Shown here one piece after another: positions 25,260-37,117 of a DNA stretch of 64,000 nt (position 1 is the first letter of the stretch; every line of letters starts with the position of its first letter). The notes beneath the pieces are model-generated. The model had not been told where the DNA came from. It was given only the letters and a program-made list of their open reading frames with translations, and ran no database searches. Source of the DNA: Dendrobates tinctorius (lineage: Eukaryota); the NCBI RefSeq assembly GCF_039654945.1, contig NW_027361678.1, positions 12,834,001 through 12,898,000 of the forward strand, given 5' to 3'. The position numbers were made by a program, and so were the translations under genes.

Positions 25260-26935
25260 CTGACAGATGAGCGGCCGGCCGCCTACCCCAATGACATGCA
25301 CACTGATCGATGATCAGCGCCCACCTACCCCACTGACGGATGATCAGCGGCCGCCAACCCCACTGATATGCACACTGACTCATGATCAGCGACCACCTAC
25401 TCCACTGACATGCATACTAACGGATGATCAGTCGCCGCATAACCCAGTGACATGCACACTGACGGATGATCAGCGGCCACATAACCCACTGACATGCACA
25501 CTGACGGATGATCAGCGGCCACATAACCCACTGACATGCACACTGACGGATGATCAGCGGCCACATAACCCACTGACATGCACACTGACGGATGATCAGC
25601 GGCCACATAACCCACTGACATGCACACTGACGGATGATCAGCGGCCACATAACCCACTGACATGCACACTGACGGATGATCAGCGGCCACATAACCCACT
25701 GACATGCACACTGACGGATGATCAGCGGCCACATAACCCACTGACATGCACACTGACGGATGATCAGCGGCCACATAACCCACTGACATGCACACTGACG
25801 GATGATCAGCGGCCACATAACCCACTGACATGCACACTGACGGATGATCAGCGACCACATAACCCACTGACATGCACACTGACGGATGATCAGCGGCCAC
25901 ATAACCCACTGACATGTACACCGACAGATGATCAGCGGCAGCTTATCCAACTGACATGCACACTGACTGATGATCAGTGACCACCTACCCCACGGACATG
26001 CACACTGACAGATGATCAGTCGCCGCATAACCCACTGACATGCACACTGACGGATGATCAGCGGCAGCCTATCCCACTGACATGCACACTGACTGATGAT
26101 CAGTGACCACCTACCCCACAGACATGCACACTGATGGATGATCAGCGGCCACATAACCCCCTGACATGCACACTGATGGATGATCAGCGGCGGCCTATCC
26201 CACTGAAATGCACACTGACGGATGATCAGCGGCCGCCTACCCCACTGACATACACACTGACGGATGATCAGTGGCCGCCTACCCCACTGACATGCACATT
26301 GACAGATGATCAGCGGCCACCTACCCCAGTGACATGCACACTGACTGATGATCAGTGACCACCTACCCCACTGACATTCACACTGACTGATGATCAGTGA
26401 CCCCCTACCCCACTGACATGCACACTGATCAGCGGCAGCCTATCCCACTGACATACACACGGACGGATGATCAGCGACTGCCTACCCCACTAACATACAC
26501 ATGGACGAATGATCAGTTGCTACCTACCCCACGGACATACACACTGACCGATTATCAGTGGCAGCCTACCCTGCTGACAGATGATCAGCAGCAGCCTAAC
26601 CCACTGATGATCAGTGGCCGCCTACCCCATGGATATACACACTGACAGATGATCAGCGGATACCTAAACCACGGACAAACACACTGACCGATTATCAGGG
26701 GAAGCCTACCCCACTGACATACAAACTGATCAATTATCAGGGGCAGCCTACCCCATGGACACACACACACTGACCGATGGACAGCAGCATTCTACCCCAC
26801 GGACACACACTGACCGATGATCAGCAGCATCCTACCCCACTGATTTACACACTGACCGATTATCAGGGGCAGCTTACCCCACGGGCATACACACTGACCG
26901 ATGATCAGCAGCAGCCTATCCCACTGACTTACACA
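25260..26935. repeat. 42-bp minisatellite (CCACTGACATGCACACTGACGGATGATCAGCGGCCACATAAC); homogeneous core, degenerate edges
   Basis: Directly visible; produces the 14-aa periodic ORF TCTLTDDQRPHNPL. Confidence 0.95.
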
Positions 26936-28102
26936 CAGGAAAAAGACCATCACCGACATCATCAAGGAGCCATTTATCCCAGAAGACGCCGCATTAGAGA
27001 GCAGTGAATTGCACAATCCTATTGCAGTGAATGAGCATTGTTGCCCAGAACTTAAGAATTGATGACGTATTGATATATCTGCTGGTTGGTGGGGGTGCCA
27101 GTTGTCAAATCCCCACCTACCTGAAATTGCTGGCCTTTTCTATGGATCCGTCAGCGGCCGAATAGACTCCATGCACAGAGTACAGCACTGCCATGCACGG
27201 CTGTATATCAGCAATACAAAAGAAGTAAGAAATGTTTGGGGCTGATGATTGCACTCCCGTACATCACACTTGCAGGACAGTATTCAGCTGAGCAGCGGGG
27301 GTGGCGGAGCGCGAACCCCACATCCAATACTGATGACCGGAGAATGGTCACTGTCCTCCCTTTCACAGCTGCTATTTAGAGGCCATATCACCGACCTCTG
27401 TAGCAGTAAAAAGAAATGGAAACTCACCAACTAGAAAACAAGGACCTTTCTGGATTTACCGTAGCAAATCAGGTCACACTCATCCCCACACTGTCTTCAC
27501 TCAGGTCGCTCAGGTACGGGTGGTGTCACAGCGATCAACCAGATGAGTTACTATGTTTTGGACATATGGAGATCTTTTCCGCTCTACAGCAATATCTGAG
27601 GGCGCTGGTGGTAAAAGATTCAATGCAGTATCCTTGTAAATTATTGATCAATCTTTGCTCATTCTGTGTCCAGGAGTCCAGTGGGCAGTCTCAGGCAGCG
27701 ATTGGTCCCAGGCATCAATTGACTGCACCCTGACACTAGGTTACACTTTATGAACACTGTCGCATGGCTGACATGACTGAAATGCTTAAAATAGTATTCA
27801 GGAGTGGTGTTCACACCAAACTAAAACAGAAGAACTAGGGAGTCACAATGTAAAACTAACTGTTTGGAGGGAAGAATGGATGCAAAATATTAATGAACTC
27901 AAAGAGTACTAGTGATAGAAATCTATCCCAAGATGAAAAAGGAAATAGCATAAGGGCTACAAAGATCTGTGTGGTCCTCTCCTGCCATCAGTCTTCTAGG
28001 TTTTTATGTTTTACTGTCAGTTGCATTTACCTTTTGTTCTTCATTTTCTTCTGCTTTACACTGTATGTTACTGACAGTCATCCCTTTTCTCATTTTCTGT
28101 AG

Positions 28103-28663
28103 GTAAAATTAGGAGGAGAAGCACCAAACTCCAGTGTCATCCATGTGTCCCGCAAGAAAGCAAGTAGCATCTCTGCAAAACCAGGGGCACCATGTAACCT
28201 TCTAGACTTTGCCAGCTCTGAGCGTCCATTGGTTGTCAATTTTGGATCAGCCACATGACCCCCCTTCGTAAGCCAGCTGTCAGTCTTCAGCAAGCTGGTG
28301 GAGGAGTTTTCCAATGTAGCCGATTTCCTTTTGGTCTACATTGATGAAGCTCATCCCTCGGATGGCTGGGCTGCTCCTGGTGTGGGCTCCTATGAAGTCA
28401 AAAAACACAGAAACCAAGAAGACCGATGTGCTGCAGCCAACAAACTCCTAGAGAAATACTCCCTCCCACCACAGTGCCAGGTGGTTGCTGACTGTATGGA
28501 CAATAATGCCAATGTTGCCTATGGTGTCTCCTTTGAAAGGGTATGCATTGTGCAAAGGCAAAAAATTGTTTATCTTGGAGGTAAAGGACCTTTCTTCTAT
28601 AACCTCCATGAAGTGCAGCAGTGGCTGGAACAGACATTTGGGGACAGAAGGTTGAACGATTAA
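28103..28663 (+). CDS. dio2: Type II iodothyronine deiodinase, coding exon 2 (catalytic domain, contains Sec)
   Basis: VKLGGEAPNSSVIHV...LLDFASSERPLVVNFGSAT-U-PPF...ADFLLVYIDEAHPSDGW...YGVSFERVCIVQRQKIVYLGGKGPF; ends at TAA 28661-28663; total 260 aa. Confidence 0.97.
28256..28258 (+). other. dio2: In-frame UGA selenocysteine codon (Sec126)
   Basis: GCC ACA TGA CCC CCC TTC gives the D2 active-site motif SATUPPF. Confidence 0.95.
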
Positions 28664-29638
28664 GTAGTTAGAGCTGGGCCTGGAGAAACGATTCCTGAGG
28701 ATGACCCAATGCACGGCCATCATGAAACAATGGTTGACACGTGATATTTCAGACCTTTGTCTTTGAAAATGAACACATGAAAACAACCACACTACAAAAA
28801 GTCACAATCCAGATGTGTGACATTAGCCTCACTGTGACCCCATCTCCACAGACCTCAAACCGTTGATCCCTCTTGTTCTAAAGGAATACACAGCAGTATC
28901 GGCAGAATGTAGGAAGACCAGGGTGCGGTAAAGGCAAGAAGGGAAAGAAATCAAAGAACCCCCCCCCACTTGACAGCTGTTGGAGAAACTAGTGGCCTTG
29001 CCATGTTCCTGGGAAACAGAAAGACAACGAGAAGGAAGACGGAGAAGCAGCAGGACTTATTACTTCACTCTTCAGGTGGACCTCATCCCGTCTCTTCAGA
29101 TAATTTATTGTGTATTCATGAGTTGACAGCATCCACACATGACGCAGTTACCTCACGACTGATGCGCTCCCAGGAGCAATGGTCGGCACGGTCCTCATTG
29201 TTAGGTTTTTATTATTATTTTGGAGGAAGTTGGAGTCTTAGTAATTAATGTGTGGAAGCTGTAGGTACAGCCATAAATAAGCCTCCATGTGTTCTAATCA
29301 CCACAAGGTGACATTTCCGGCATCAATTAGACACCAGCTTTAGGCAAGGTTTTGATAGGTGATGTTGACATTAAACACTGGTCCTATCTTAATGGCGGGC
29401 GTTTAGTCCTGAGGGCTCACACATGGGGCTGCACGCATCTCAAGGCCCTGACACATGGACATGAAAACCACAAAAATGCAGATTTACATCATAGGCTTCC
29501 ATTTCTGCAAATGTATTCATGGTCGGGGATCAATGTCACATCTTAAAACAAGTCTGTAAAGCAGGGATCAAAAGAAACAGATTGTGGTTTTTCTCTTTAT
29601 GGATACCAGCAAACGACCCCACAGAGTGACTGCATTAC

Positions 29639-30138
29639 AAGGAATCTGTCAGCTAGCGTCCCTTCTGAGACGTCTATATGGCCATGTAGATTGTAGGAAG
29701 TTGAATACGACACCTGATATTTTGTGATCCGATCTCTTATTCCAGACAAATCCATGTTTTTCTTAATATGTAAATGAGCTGTTAAGATCTATGTACCAAA
29801 CATAGATCTCCCTGAGACTCTGCCTCCAGAGCGTATTTTAAATAAAAGGGGGTGTTACCAATGTTAGATATGCAATTACTGACAGTCTGCTTTCCTTATC
29901 TACATGTCTCACCCTGGTAACGCCCTTTTTCATTTAAAATAAGCTCTGGAGGCAGAGTCTCAGGAAGATCTATGTCCGACCCATAGATCTTAACACTTCA
30001 TTTAAATACTAAGAAAAACGTGGATTCCTCTGGAATAAGACATCGGATTGCAGATATCAAGGTGTCATTTTAGTCGTCTTCCTACAAACTACATGGCCAT
30101 ATAGACTGCTCAGAAGGGATGATCACTAATAGATCCCT
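29639..30138. mobile_element. Fold-back MITE (TTAA-type, Kolobok/T2-like) inside the dio2 3' UTR
   Basis: Arms ~29640-29860 and ~29915-30138 are imperfect reverse complements, e.g. CTGAGACTCTGCCTCCAGAGC / GCTCTGGAGGCAGAGTCTCAG; right end CCCT-TTAA. Confidence 0.8.
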
Positions 30139-31546
30139 TTAATGACATCATCCAGCCATATCAGATGGCGTATGCAATACTGGACCTGCAGTATCATTTG
30201 GTGATGCTAGGACAGTAAGACACAGTAGTAACGTGGGGCGATCTACTGCAGTTGTGCTGAGGTGCTACTGTGGAGAGCTCAGCTGTGTGCTATAATGAGC
30301 TGTTCACACTTTGCTTCATACAGTCTCATTGCACTGCAGGAAATGACATAGTGCTCTTTACTATGAATAATAATAAATAGCTTTACATTGCTTGCCAGTG
30401 ACAGAAGCGTGCTGCCTAGTCTGAACATGATGGATTACTTCTGTATTTTACCAATCCCGTGCTGCCCGACCATGGTTCACTGTAATTTGCAGAACTTCAG
30501 GAAGGCTTAGATAGGGCTGGATCAGCAAGTAATGGTGGGTCCTAATGAAGAGGGAAGAATTATTCCAGAGGACATTGAATCTTTTGGAGCATTATAACAA
30601 ATACCTCAGCAATGCATGTACCCACTGAGGGTAAAAGAGTGGAAAGAAAGGTGGGTGGAGGAAAGGATTGAGTTCCCGTGTAGGCGCCAGGTGACATGTC
30701 ATAAGCCGAGCACTCCCCTCCATGTTGTGCAGATCTATCTGATGCTTGCAGATAAATCCCAGACATCCTTCTATGCTCCTTCTTTCTGGCTCATCCTTCC
30801 CACCCAGCAGACATATGGAGGGGTGACTATACAGTAGGTGACAGCGACGCGGCCTCATTGTGTGCGACTACTGCAGATCATTCTCGGCGTATACCATTGC
30901 CATCCAGGGATAAGAACTTTTTTCAATGCTGCCTGGCGATATAAGCAGGTACTGACATACTGCCGTATATTGTGTGCTGTATCCATATTCTGTTGTACTG
31001 TAGCTCAACATGTCAGCTCTCTATCCATATACCTTAGCAAGGTGGACGAACGGAGAAAGACGGAAACCTGGTTATGGGTGCAGGACTGAAAGAAAACTGT
31101 GTGTGCCTGGAACTGATGAGCACGTTGACATGGATGTAATTTGTCATTTATGCTTTTATACGACTTTTCAATGTCTCTGTTATGCTGTAATCACCAAAGG
31201 TGTCTTGATACTTAGCAGTCACATTGGCTGTGTCCTCCAGCACCAATGTCACCACCACTAGTGCCACCACCGTGCTCATTTATTTCCTTAAGGGCAGGCT
31301 GACAATTATCTACGAGTATGTATATTTTATATCATTTTTTATAATTATCCACTTTCATAGAAGACTCTTTATTTTGCTCTTTGTGGTATCACTTTATCTT
31401 TTGTTTTATATGATGCACCAGCAATCGGCCACTGGCAAACAGGTGTCATAATCCTGTGCCAGCCAAGATATTACCAATATATGTATACAGGGAAATGATA
31501 CGTGAGGATAAGCCAAACATGAGCTGAGAGGGGAGGAGGCCATGCT

Positions 31547-31650
31547 CCTGCCGGGCGGCCACTGTGATGTGGGTATGATGGGCACCATTGAAAGAGACCA
31601 GCTCTCTGTTGCTGCCTGGATGGAGTCACATCATTGCTGCCCCCGGCAGG
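31547..31650 (+). promoter_or_regulatory. SECIS element (form 2) of dio2
   Basis: ATGAT (31575) / GGAT (31618) core; 11-nt helix II; AAA at 31591; apical mini-stem GAGA-ccagc-TCTC; helix I TGATGTG/CACATCA; outer stem CCTGCCGGG/CCCGGCAGG. Confidence 0.93.
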
Positions 31651-31783
31651 CGTAATCTTCACCCCTTCAGACCTGCTGGCTTCAGCACTCATCCTCTCCT
31701 CAATAACAGAGATGACCAGAACCCAACCTCTACAATATGGTGCTTCAGTAAGTATCAGTTAGCCATTGTCTTACTTGTATTTT

Positions 31784-31789
31784 AATAAA
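31784..31789 (+). terminator. Probable dio2 polyadenylation signal AATAAA
   Basis: First AATAAA after the SECIS, ~135 nt downstream; D2 SECIS elements lie near the mRNA 3' end. Confidence 0.75.
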
Positions 31790-32534
31790 AAAATGGAAGA
31801 AAGCCTAATGGTTGTTTCGTATGTTAACTCCCACATTTACACTCAACCAACAAGCAGCCGTCATGTCACACAGAAGCAACCGACGTGATTCTCCCCATGG
31901 AAAAACAGAAGGAACAAGTAAGGAAAGCATGGCTCTGCAGTCATGAGCCACTCATCAGTGTCTGAAAAGTAGGCAGAAACTAGATTATAAATAGAGATGA
32001 GCGACGTTGCCTTTTTTTTATGGTCGAATTGGGTTTAATGAAACCCGACTTTCGCAAAAGTCGGGTCGAACGAAATCGTCCGACTATAGGGAAAAGCCGG
32101 AAGTCCGACTGAAACACGAAACCCCGTATAAGAAAATGGAGAAGCAAAGTCGGCAGGTAGTGGAGGACAGTAAACACCTACAGTGCCTATTTCAAGGCCA
32201 AAAACATCAATTCTTATTACTGAAGCTTGTCAACCTTAATTTACTTCATAATAATAGTTACGCATTGAAAACTGGGGCTTATTTGGCTAAAGTTGTCTGG
32301 GGTAGGGCTGGCTCCAGGTTTTCGTGTGCCCTGGGCCAAAGAGTGTCAGTGCGCCCCTTTAACACATACCACAACTCGTGATGCTCCGATACGGCACAGA
32401 AATATAGGTATAGTAGAATGACAAATACTTCACTGCTTACATGACATGACTGATCTATTTTAAATTGTACAATAGCTCAAAAAAAGGACAGTATATTACT
32501 CCATTGTGCGCCATACAGAATAATGAGCCCCATA

Positions 32535-33396
32535 TGTTGTGAGTTCATTCTCTGGTTTACCAGTTATGAGTTCTCCTTCCAGACTCCCTCTGGTGGTAAC
32601 AGGAGGTAGTGAGGCTGATTTGATCGGTGGAGATCTGCCACCTGAGAATGAGGATGAAGATTGGACCTCAGGAGTCTCAGATTGGATTTAAGACAGCCGA
32701 CGCCCTATTCAGTTGCTGGTTATTCCTTCTGGCTTGTCAGCTCTTGGTTTTCAGCTCTGTTCCAGTCATCTAAAGCTAAGTTTTTCTGCTAATGTTCACA
32801 CTTGATTTTGTTGGTCTATTCAGTTTTTTTGTGTGGTCAGCCAGCCCTGGCTGGGGGCTGTGCTAAATTTCCACTCTTATTTATCAGTATTTTGCCAATT
32901 TGCTTTTTGTCCCTTACTAGTTTGGTCTCTTTTTGCTCTGTCTCAGAATATTTCAGAGTGCTGATATAGTGGGAGAAGTCTAGTGACTTTAGGGTTAATT
33001 TTGCTATCAGAAGTGTTGGACATTATTTTTGTAGGGTTTTTGCAGGTTGCAGACAGTGTCTTTCCTTTCCAGTTAGTTTGGGCCCCATTGTTTGCTCAGC
33101 CTATTTTCCTGCCTGTGTTTGTGCCTTCATGTTGTTTCACCGTCAATAAATGTGTGGGGGCTATCTATTCCTTTGGGGTCTGCTCTGGGGCAGTTAGTTT
33201 TCCCCTTTTCATGCTTCAGGCTTATTTAGTCCTCCGGCTGTGACGAAGCGTCTAGGAACATCGTAGGTACGCTCCACGGCTGCTGCTAGTTGTGTGGTAG
33301 GATCAGGGATCTGCAATCTGCATAGTTACCAACCTCTCTGGTTTTCTGTGACTTGGCTTGTTTTGCTTTTTTCTCCTCGGTGACCCATTCATAACA
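32535..33396 (+). mobile_element. Solo LTR (862 bp)
   Basis: TGTTGTGA...TCATAACA termini; CCCATA duplicated on both sides; AATAAA near 33146. Confidence 0.7.
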
Positions 33397-33439
33397 CCCA
33401 TATATTTTTCCATACAGAATAATTGGTCACATATAATGT

Positions 33440-33945
33440 TCCATACAGTGTATGATGAGCTCCACATAATGCTCCAATATATGATGGGCCTCATGGATGA
33501 TGCTCCAGTGTCTGATGGGCCCTAATAATGCTCCCTATGTAATGGGCTCCATTTCTAATGCTCCAGTGTATCATGTGCCCCATAGATGCTGCTCCAGTGT
33601 CTGATCTGCCCCATTTACAATGCTCCAGTATATGATGGGCCTCATGGATGATGCTCCAGTGTATGATGGGCCCTAATAATGCTCCATATATAATGGGCCC
33701 CATTTCTAATGCTCCAGTGTATCATGTGCCCGATAGATGCTGCTCCAGTGTCTGATCTGCCCCATTTATAATGCGCCAGTATTTGATGGGCCTCGGATGA
33801 TGCTTCAGTGTATGATGGGCCCTAATAATGCTCCATATATAATGGGCCCCATTTCTAATGCTCCAGTGTATATTGGGCCCCGTAAATGCTGCTCCAGTGT
33901 CTGATGTCCCCCATTTGGAATGCTCCAGTATATGATGAGCCCCAT
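33440..33945. repeat. ~30-bp degenerate minisatellite (ATGCTCCAGTGTATGATGGGCCC...)
   Basis: Directly visible periodic repeat. Confidence 0.85.
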
Positions 33946-33957
33946 TTTTAATTAACC

Positions 33958-34366
33958 GAGGCATGGTATGTGAAAAGAGCTCCATGGAGTAATCTGAAGT
34001 GTGTGCTGCCGCAGCCTTCACTTTTGGTGTGGGTGAAGGACACAAGGAAAGGGGTTGCTCCTGACCAGAAGCCTGCAGTTACGACTCAGTGTTTGCATTT
34101 TGTTAAACTTCAGAAAAGGCGATAGAGCTGGAGGCTGTTTCAGCAATGTAAGCCAAAAACAGTTCCTGATGCTCCGGCTTTAAAAGTCTACCTACTCGCA
34201 GAAAACGGAGCCTTACAGGCCTTCCAGAGCTACACCATGATGCAGGCTCAACACCTCCTGCCTTAGCTGCTATTGTGTTTTTGGCACTACCAGCAGATGC
34301 ACCACCACCACCATCAGTACCAGGTGGCCCCCCACGCCCACATCCTCTTCCACCATACTTCCTCAT
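33958..34366 (-). pseudogene. Second, diverged fragment of the hAT transposase N-terminus
   Basis: MRKYGGRG...AAKAGGVEPAS...LKPEHQE...AAHTSDYSMELFSHTMP, homologous to 46790-47213. Confidence 0.75.
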
Positions 34367-35439
34367 GTTTTGGAAAATGGACCCAAAATACCAGCAGATA
34401 TATGGTACTGTATCAGAAGAGTACAGCTCTATACAGTCTAGGGATAACAGTAAATCTCCGTATATATTTCATGATTCATACACAGACGCTCACAGGCTCC
34501 GTATGGATTACCCAATAAAATAAAAAGTTGAAAAAGGGTAAAGTATCACCAGATACAAGGTATATATAGTATAGTGTAAATATTCTGAATCTCCGCATAC
34601 ATTTCAGGAGGCAGACACAAATGCTCTCAGGCCCAGTATGGATTACACAAGAATATGAAAAGCTGTAAATGGGTAATGTAACACTAGCGTATAGCTGTAT
34701 ACAGTGTTGGGGTAATCTTAAAGGTCCTAATATATTGCTGGAGTAACAGACAGATGTTCACAGGCTCATTATGGATTACACTAGAATATAAATAGCTAAA
34801 AAGGTTACTGTATCAGGAAGCGTACATCTGTATACAGTGTTGGCCAAATTTGAAATCTCGGTATATATTTCCAGAGTCACCCTCAGATGCTCACTCAGTC
34901 TGGGTTTGACCATAATAAAAAATGTTGTAAAAAAGGTACTGGATAACAAGATAGCAAGTATATATATTATAGGGTACAATTGAATTCTCTGTATACATAG
35001 TCCCGTAGTCACTCTCAGACGCTTACTCAGTATGGATTTGACCGTAATACTAAATGTCGAACAAAGGTACTGTATAACAAGATACAAGCTGTATTGAGTA
35101 TAGGGTAAAAAATTGGTATCTCCGATTCACCGTATATATAGAAGGCGTAAACCACACATGCTCACTCACTATGGATGATACCGTAATACAAAATTTGGAA
35201 CAAAAGTACTGTATCAGCACATAGCAGATGTATCCAGTTTAGGGGTAATTGTAAATTTCCGTCTATACTTCCGGCGTCAGACACAGACACTCACAGGCTC
35301 ACTATGTATTACACCAGAATTTAAAAAGTAGAAAAAGGGAAAGGTAGTCGAAGCGTACAACAGTATACAGTGTTGTGTTACTTTTAAATCTTCGTATATA
35401 TTTCAATCTCAGTAAGCCAGTCCAGACTCTCCGCTACTG

Positions 35440-36017
35440 GAAACTACATGGATACAAGGACAGGCGGAAAGTCAAGTGTTAGCAGAAATTTGGGAATTAC
35501 TCATCACAGGAAAACCTCCCGGTAGATGTTGCAGAGGCGATGCAGACCCTCAATTACTGTGTCTGTGGAGACAGCCAAAAAGGTTCTTTGTGAAGAAAGG
35601 ATTGCTTTATCGCAGTAGCGTGGATCACATCACCGTTACTCGTCTCCATCAAATTGTGATCACAGAGAGAGATGTAGACATGGTCCTCACTGCCTATCAT
35701 GATGTGTCTGGTCATTTTGGAGTGCAAAAGACAGAAGCCACAGGCCGTAGGTGATTCTATTGGATTGGCATGAGAGGAGACATTGAAAAATGGTGGCAGG
35801 AATGTCACACGTCTGTGACTATCACAACTGTGAAAGGTGATCATAAAGCACCACTGCATCCGCTTGTAAGTTGACGTCCATTACAAAGGGTAACCATTGA
35901 TCATCTAAAGGTAGAGGCCAGCAGGACAGGCCATAGCTACATCTTAACCATCCTCGATCAATACCCCAAATTTCTAGTGACCGTCCCTGTGAAGGATTTA
36001 ACTGCCCAGACTACACA
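35440..36017 (+). mobile_element. Gypsy integrase fragment (zinc-binding region and start of core)
   Basis: KGLLYR, YHDVSGHFGVQKT, FYWIGMRGDIEKW, VTIDHL motifs with stops. Confidence 0.65.
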
Positions 36018-36313
36018 GCGGTGGAGCAGGGAGAGGTAAGGATTGCAACTTGCAAGTGCTGTGGCCATGACCAAGCAGGGGGGCACACTCATGGTCGACG
36101 GTACTTGCACAGGGCCCCTCATAGTACGCTGGTGTGTCTGACGGCGAGTGAGCCCCCCCCACCATCAGAGTCACTGTATTGTACTATGAGGGGCCCTGTG
36201 CCAGTGCCGTCGGCCATCAGTGGGCCCATCCACCTGTTCAGAGCAATGGCACTTGCCCGGGTGCGCCAGGTGTTGACCCCAGCCATTGGGGGGGGCAGCC
36301 CAGTTAGGGAGGT

Positions 36314-37117
36314 TTAAAAAATGGCATATGTTGATGTGTTGGCTGGACATTCAGCTGCTACAAAGGGCAGAATTGGGCAAGTCCGAGGAAGAGGAGGACA
36401 AAAGCGAGGCAGTTTTCTGGCAACCAATGTGTCATCAGGGGAAGGTGGGACCAAATCCTTTGAAACCCATGCATGGTTTATTTTAATGAAGGTTAGATCA
36501 TCAACATTTTGGGTCGACAGACGGGTCCTTTTTTCTGTCAGGATTGATCCAGCAGCACTGATGACTCTTTCAGATAACACACTAGCAGCAGGGCAAGCGA
36601 GCTCCTGTAAGGCATATTGTGCCAATTCAGGCCAGGTGTCCAGTTTAGAGGCCCAATAGTCAAAGGGGAATGACCTGTGAGGGAGAACATCGATATGGGA
36701 GGAGAAGTAGTTTGTAACCATAGTTGACAACTGCTGTCTCCTGTCACTTTTAATCAATGCAGTATTAGCAGTCGTGTGAGCGGTACTTGAGAAATCATTC
36801 CACAACATGGTCATTAAACCCCTTTCTCCAACGCCACTTCGGCTGTGTGCACCACGAACACCTCTTCCATTGTGCCCACTATGGCTCGTGGGAGAACCAG
36901 CACCGCTGCTGTGTGCTGGGATAGCCTCAAACAAACGGTTTACCAGAGTTGCTTGTTTCTTAGCCAATATTCTCTAGGTTCTCCTGTGGCATAATGTGTA
37001 ATTTGCCTTTGTAGCGTGGATCGAGGATGCTGGCCAGCCAGTAGCCGTCATCCCTCATCATTTTGGCAATGCGGGGGTCCCTTTTTAGGAGCCGCAAGGC
37101 ATAATCGCACATGTGGG
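36314..37117 (-). pseudogene. hAT transposase C-terminal part (hATC dimerisation domain)
   Basis: YWASKLDTWPELAQYALQELACPAASVLSERVISAAG..RTRLS; upstream YWLASILDPRYK. Confidence 0.85.

Larger units (their letters stand above)
9566..28102 (+). other. dio2: dio2 intron (18.5 kb, GT-AG, phase 0), expanded by transposons and tandem repeats
   Basis: GT at 9566; pyrimidine tract and TGTAG acceptor ending at 28102; the join restores AYKQ|VKLGGEAPNS. Confidence 0.93.

Noticed and set aside
25267-26154. Cys/His-periodic ORFs resembling zinc-finger arrays
   Set aside because: 42-bp minisatellite; no C2H2 spacing
28256-28258. dio2 as a pseudogene with a premature stop
   Set aside because: The TGA is at the catalytic Sec position and a SECIS is present
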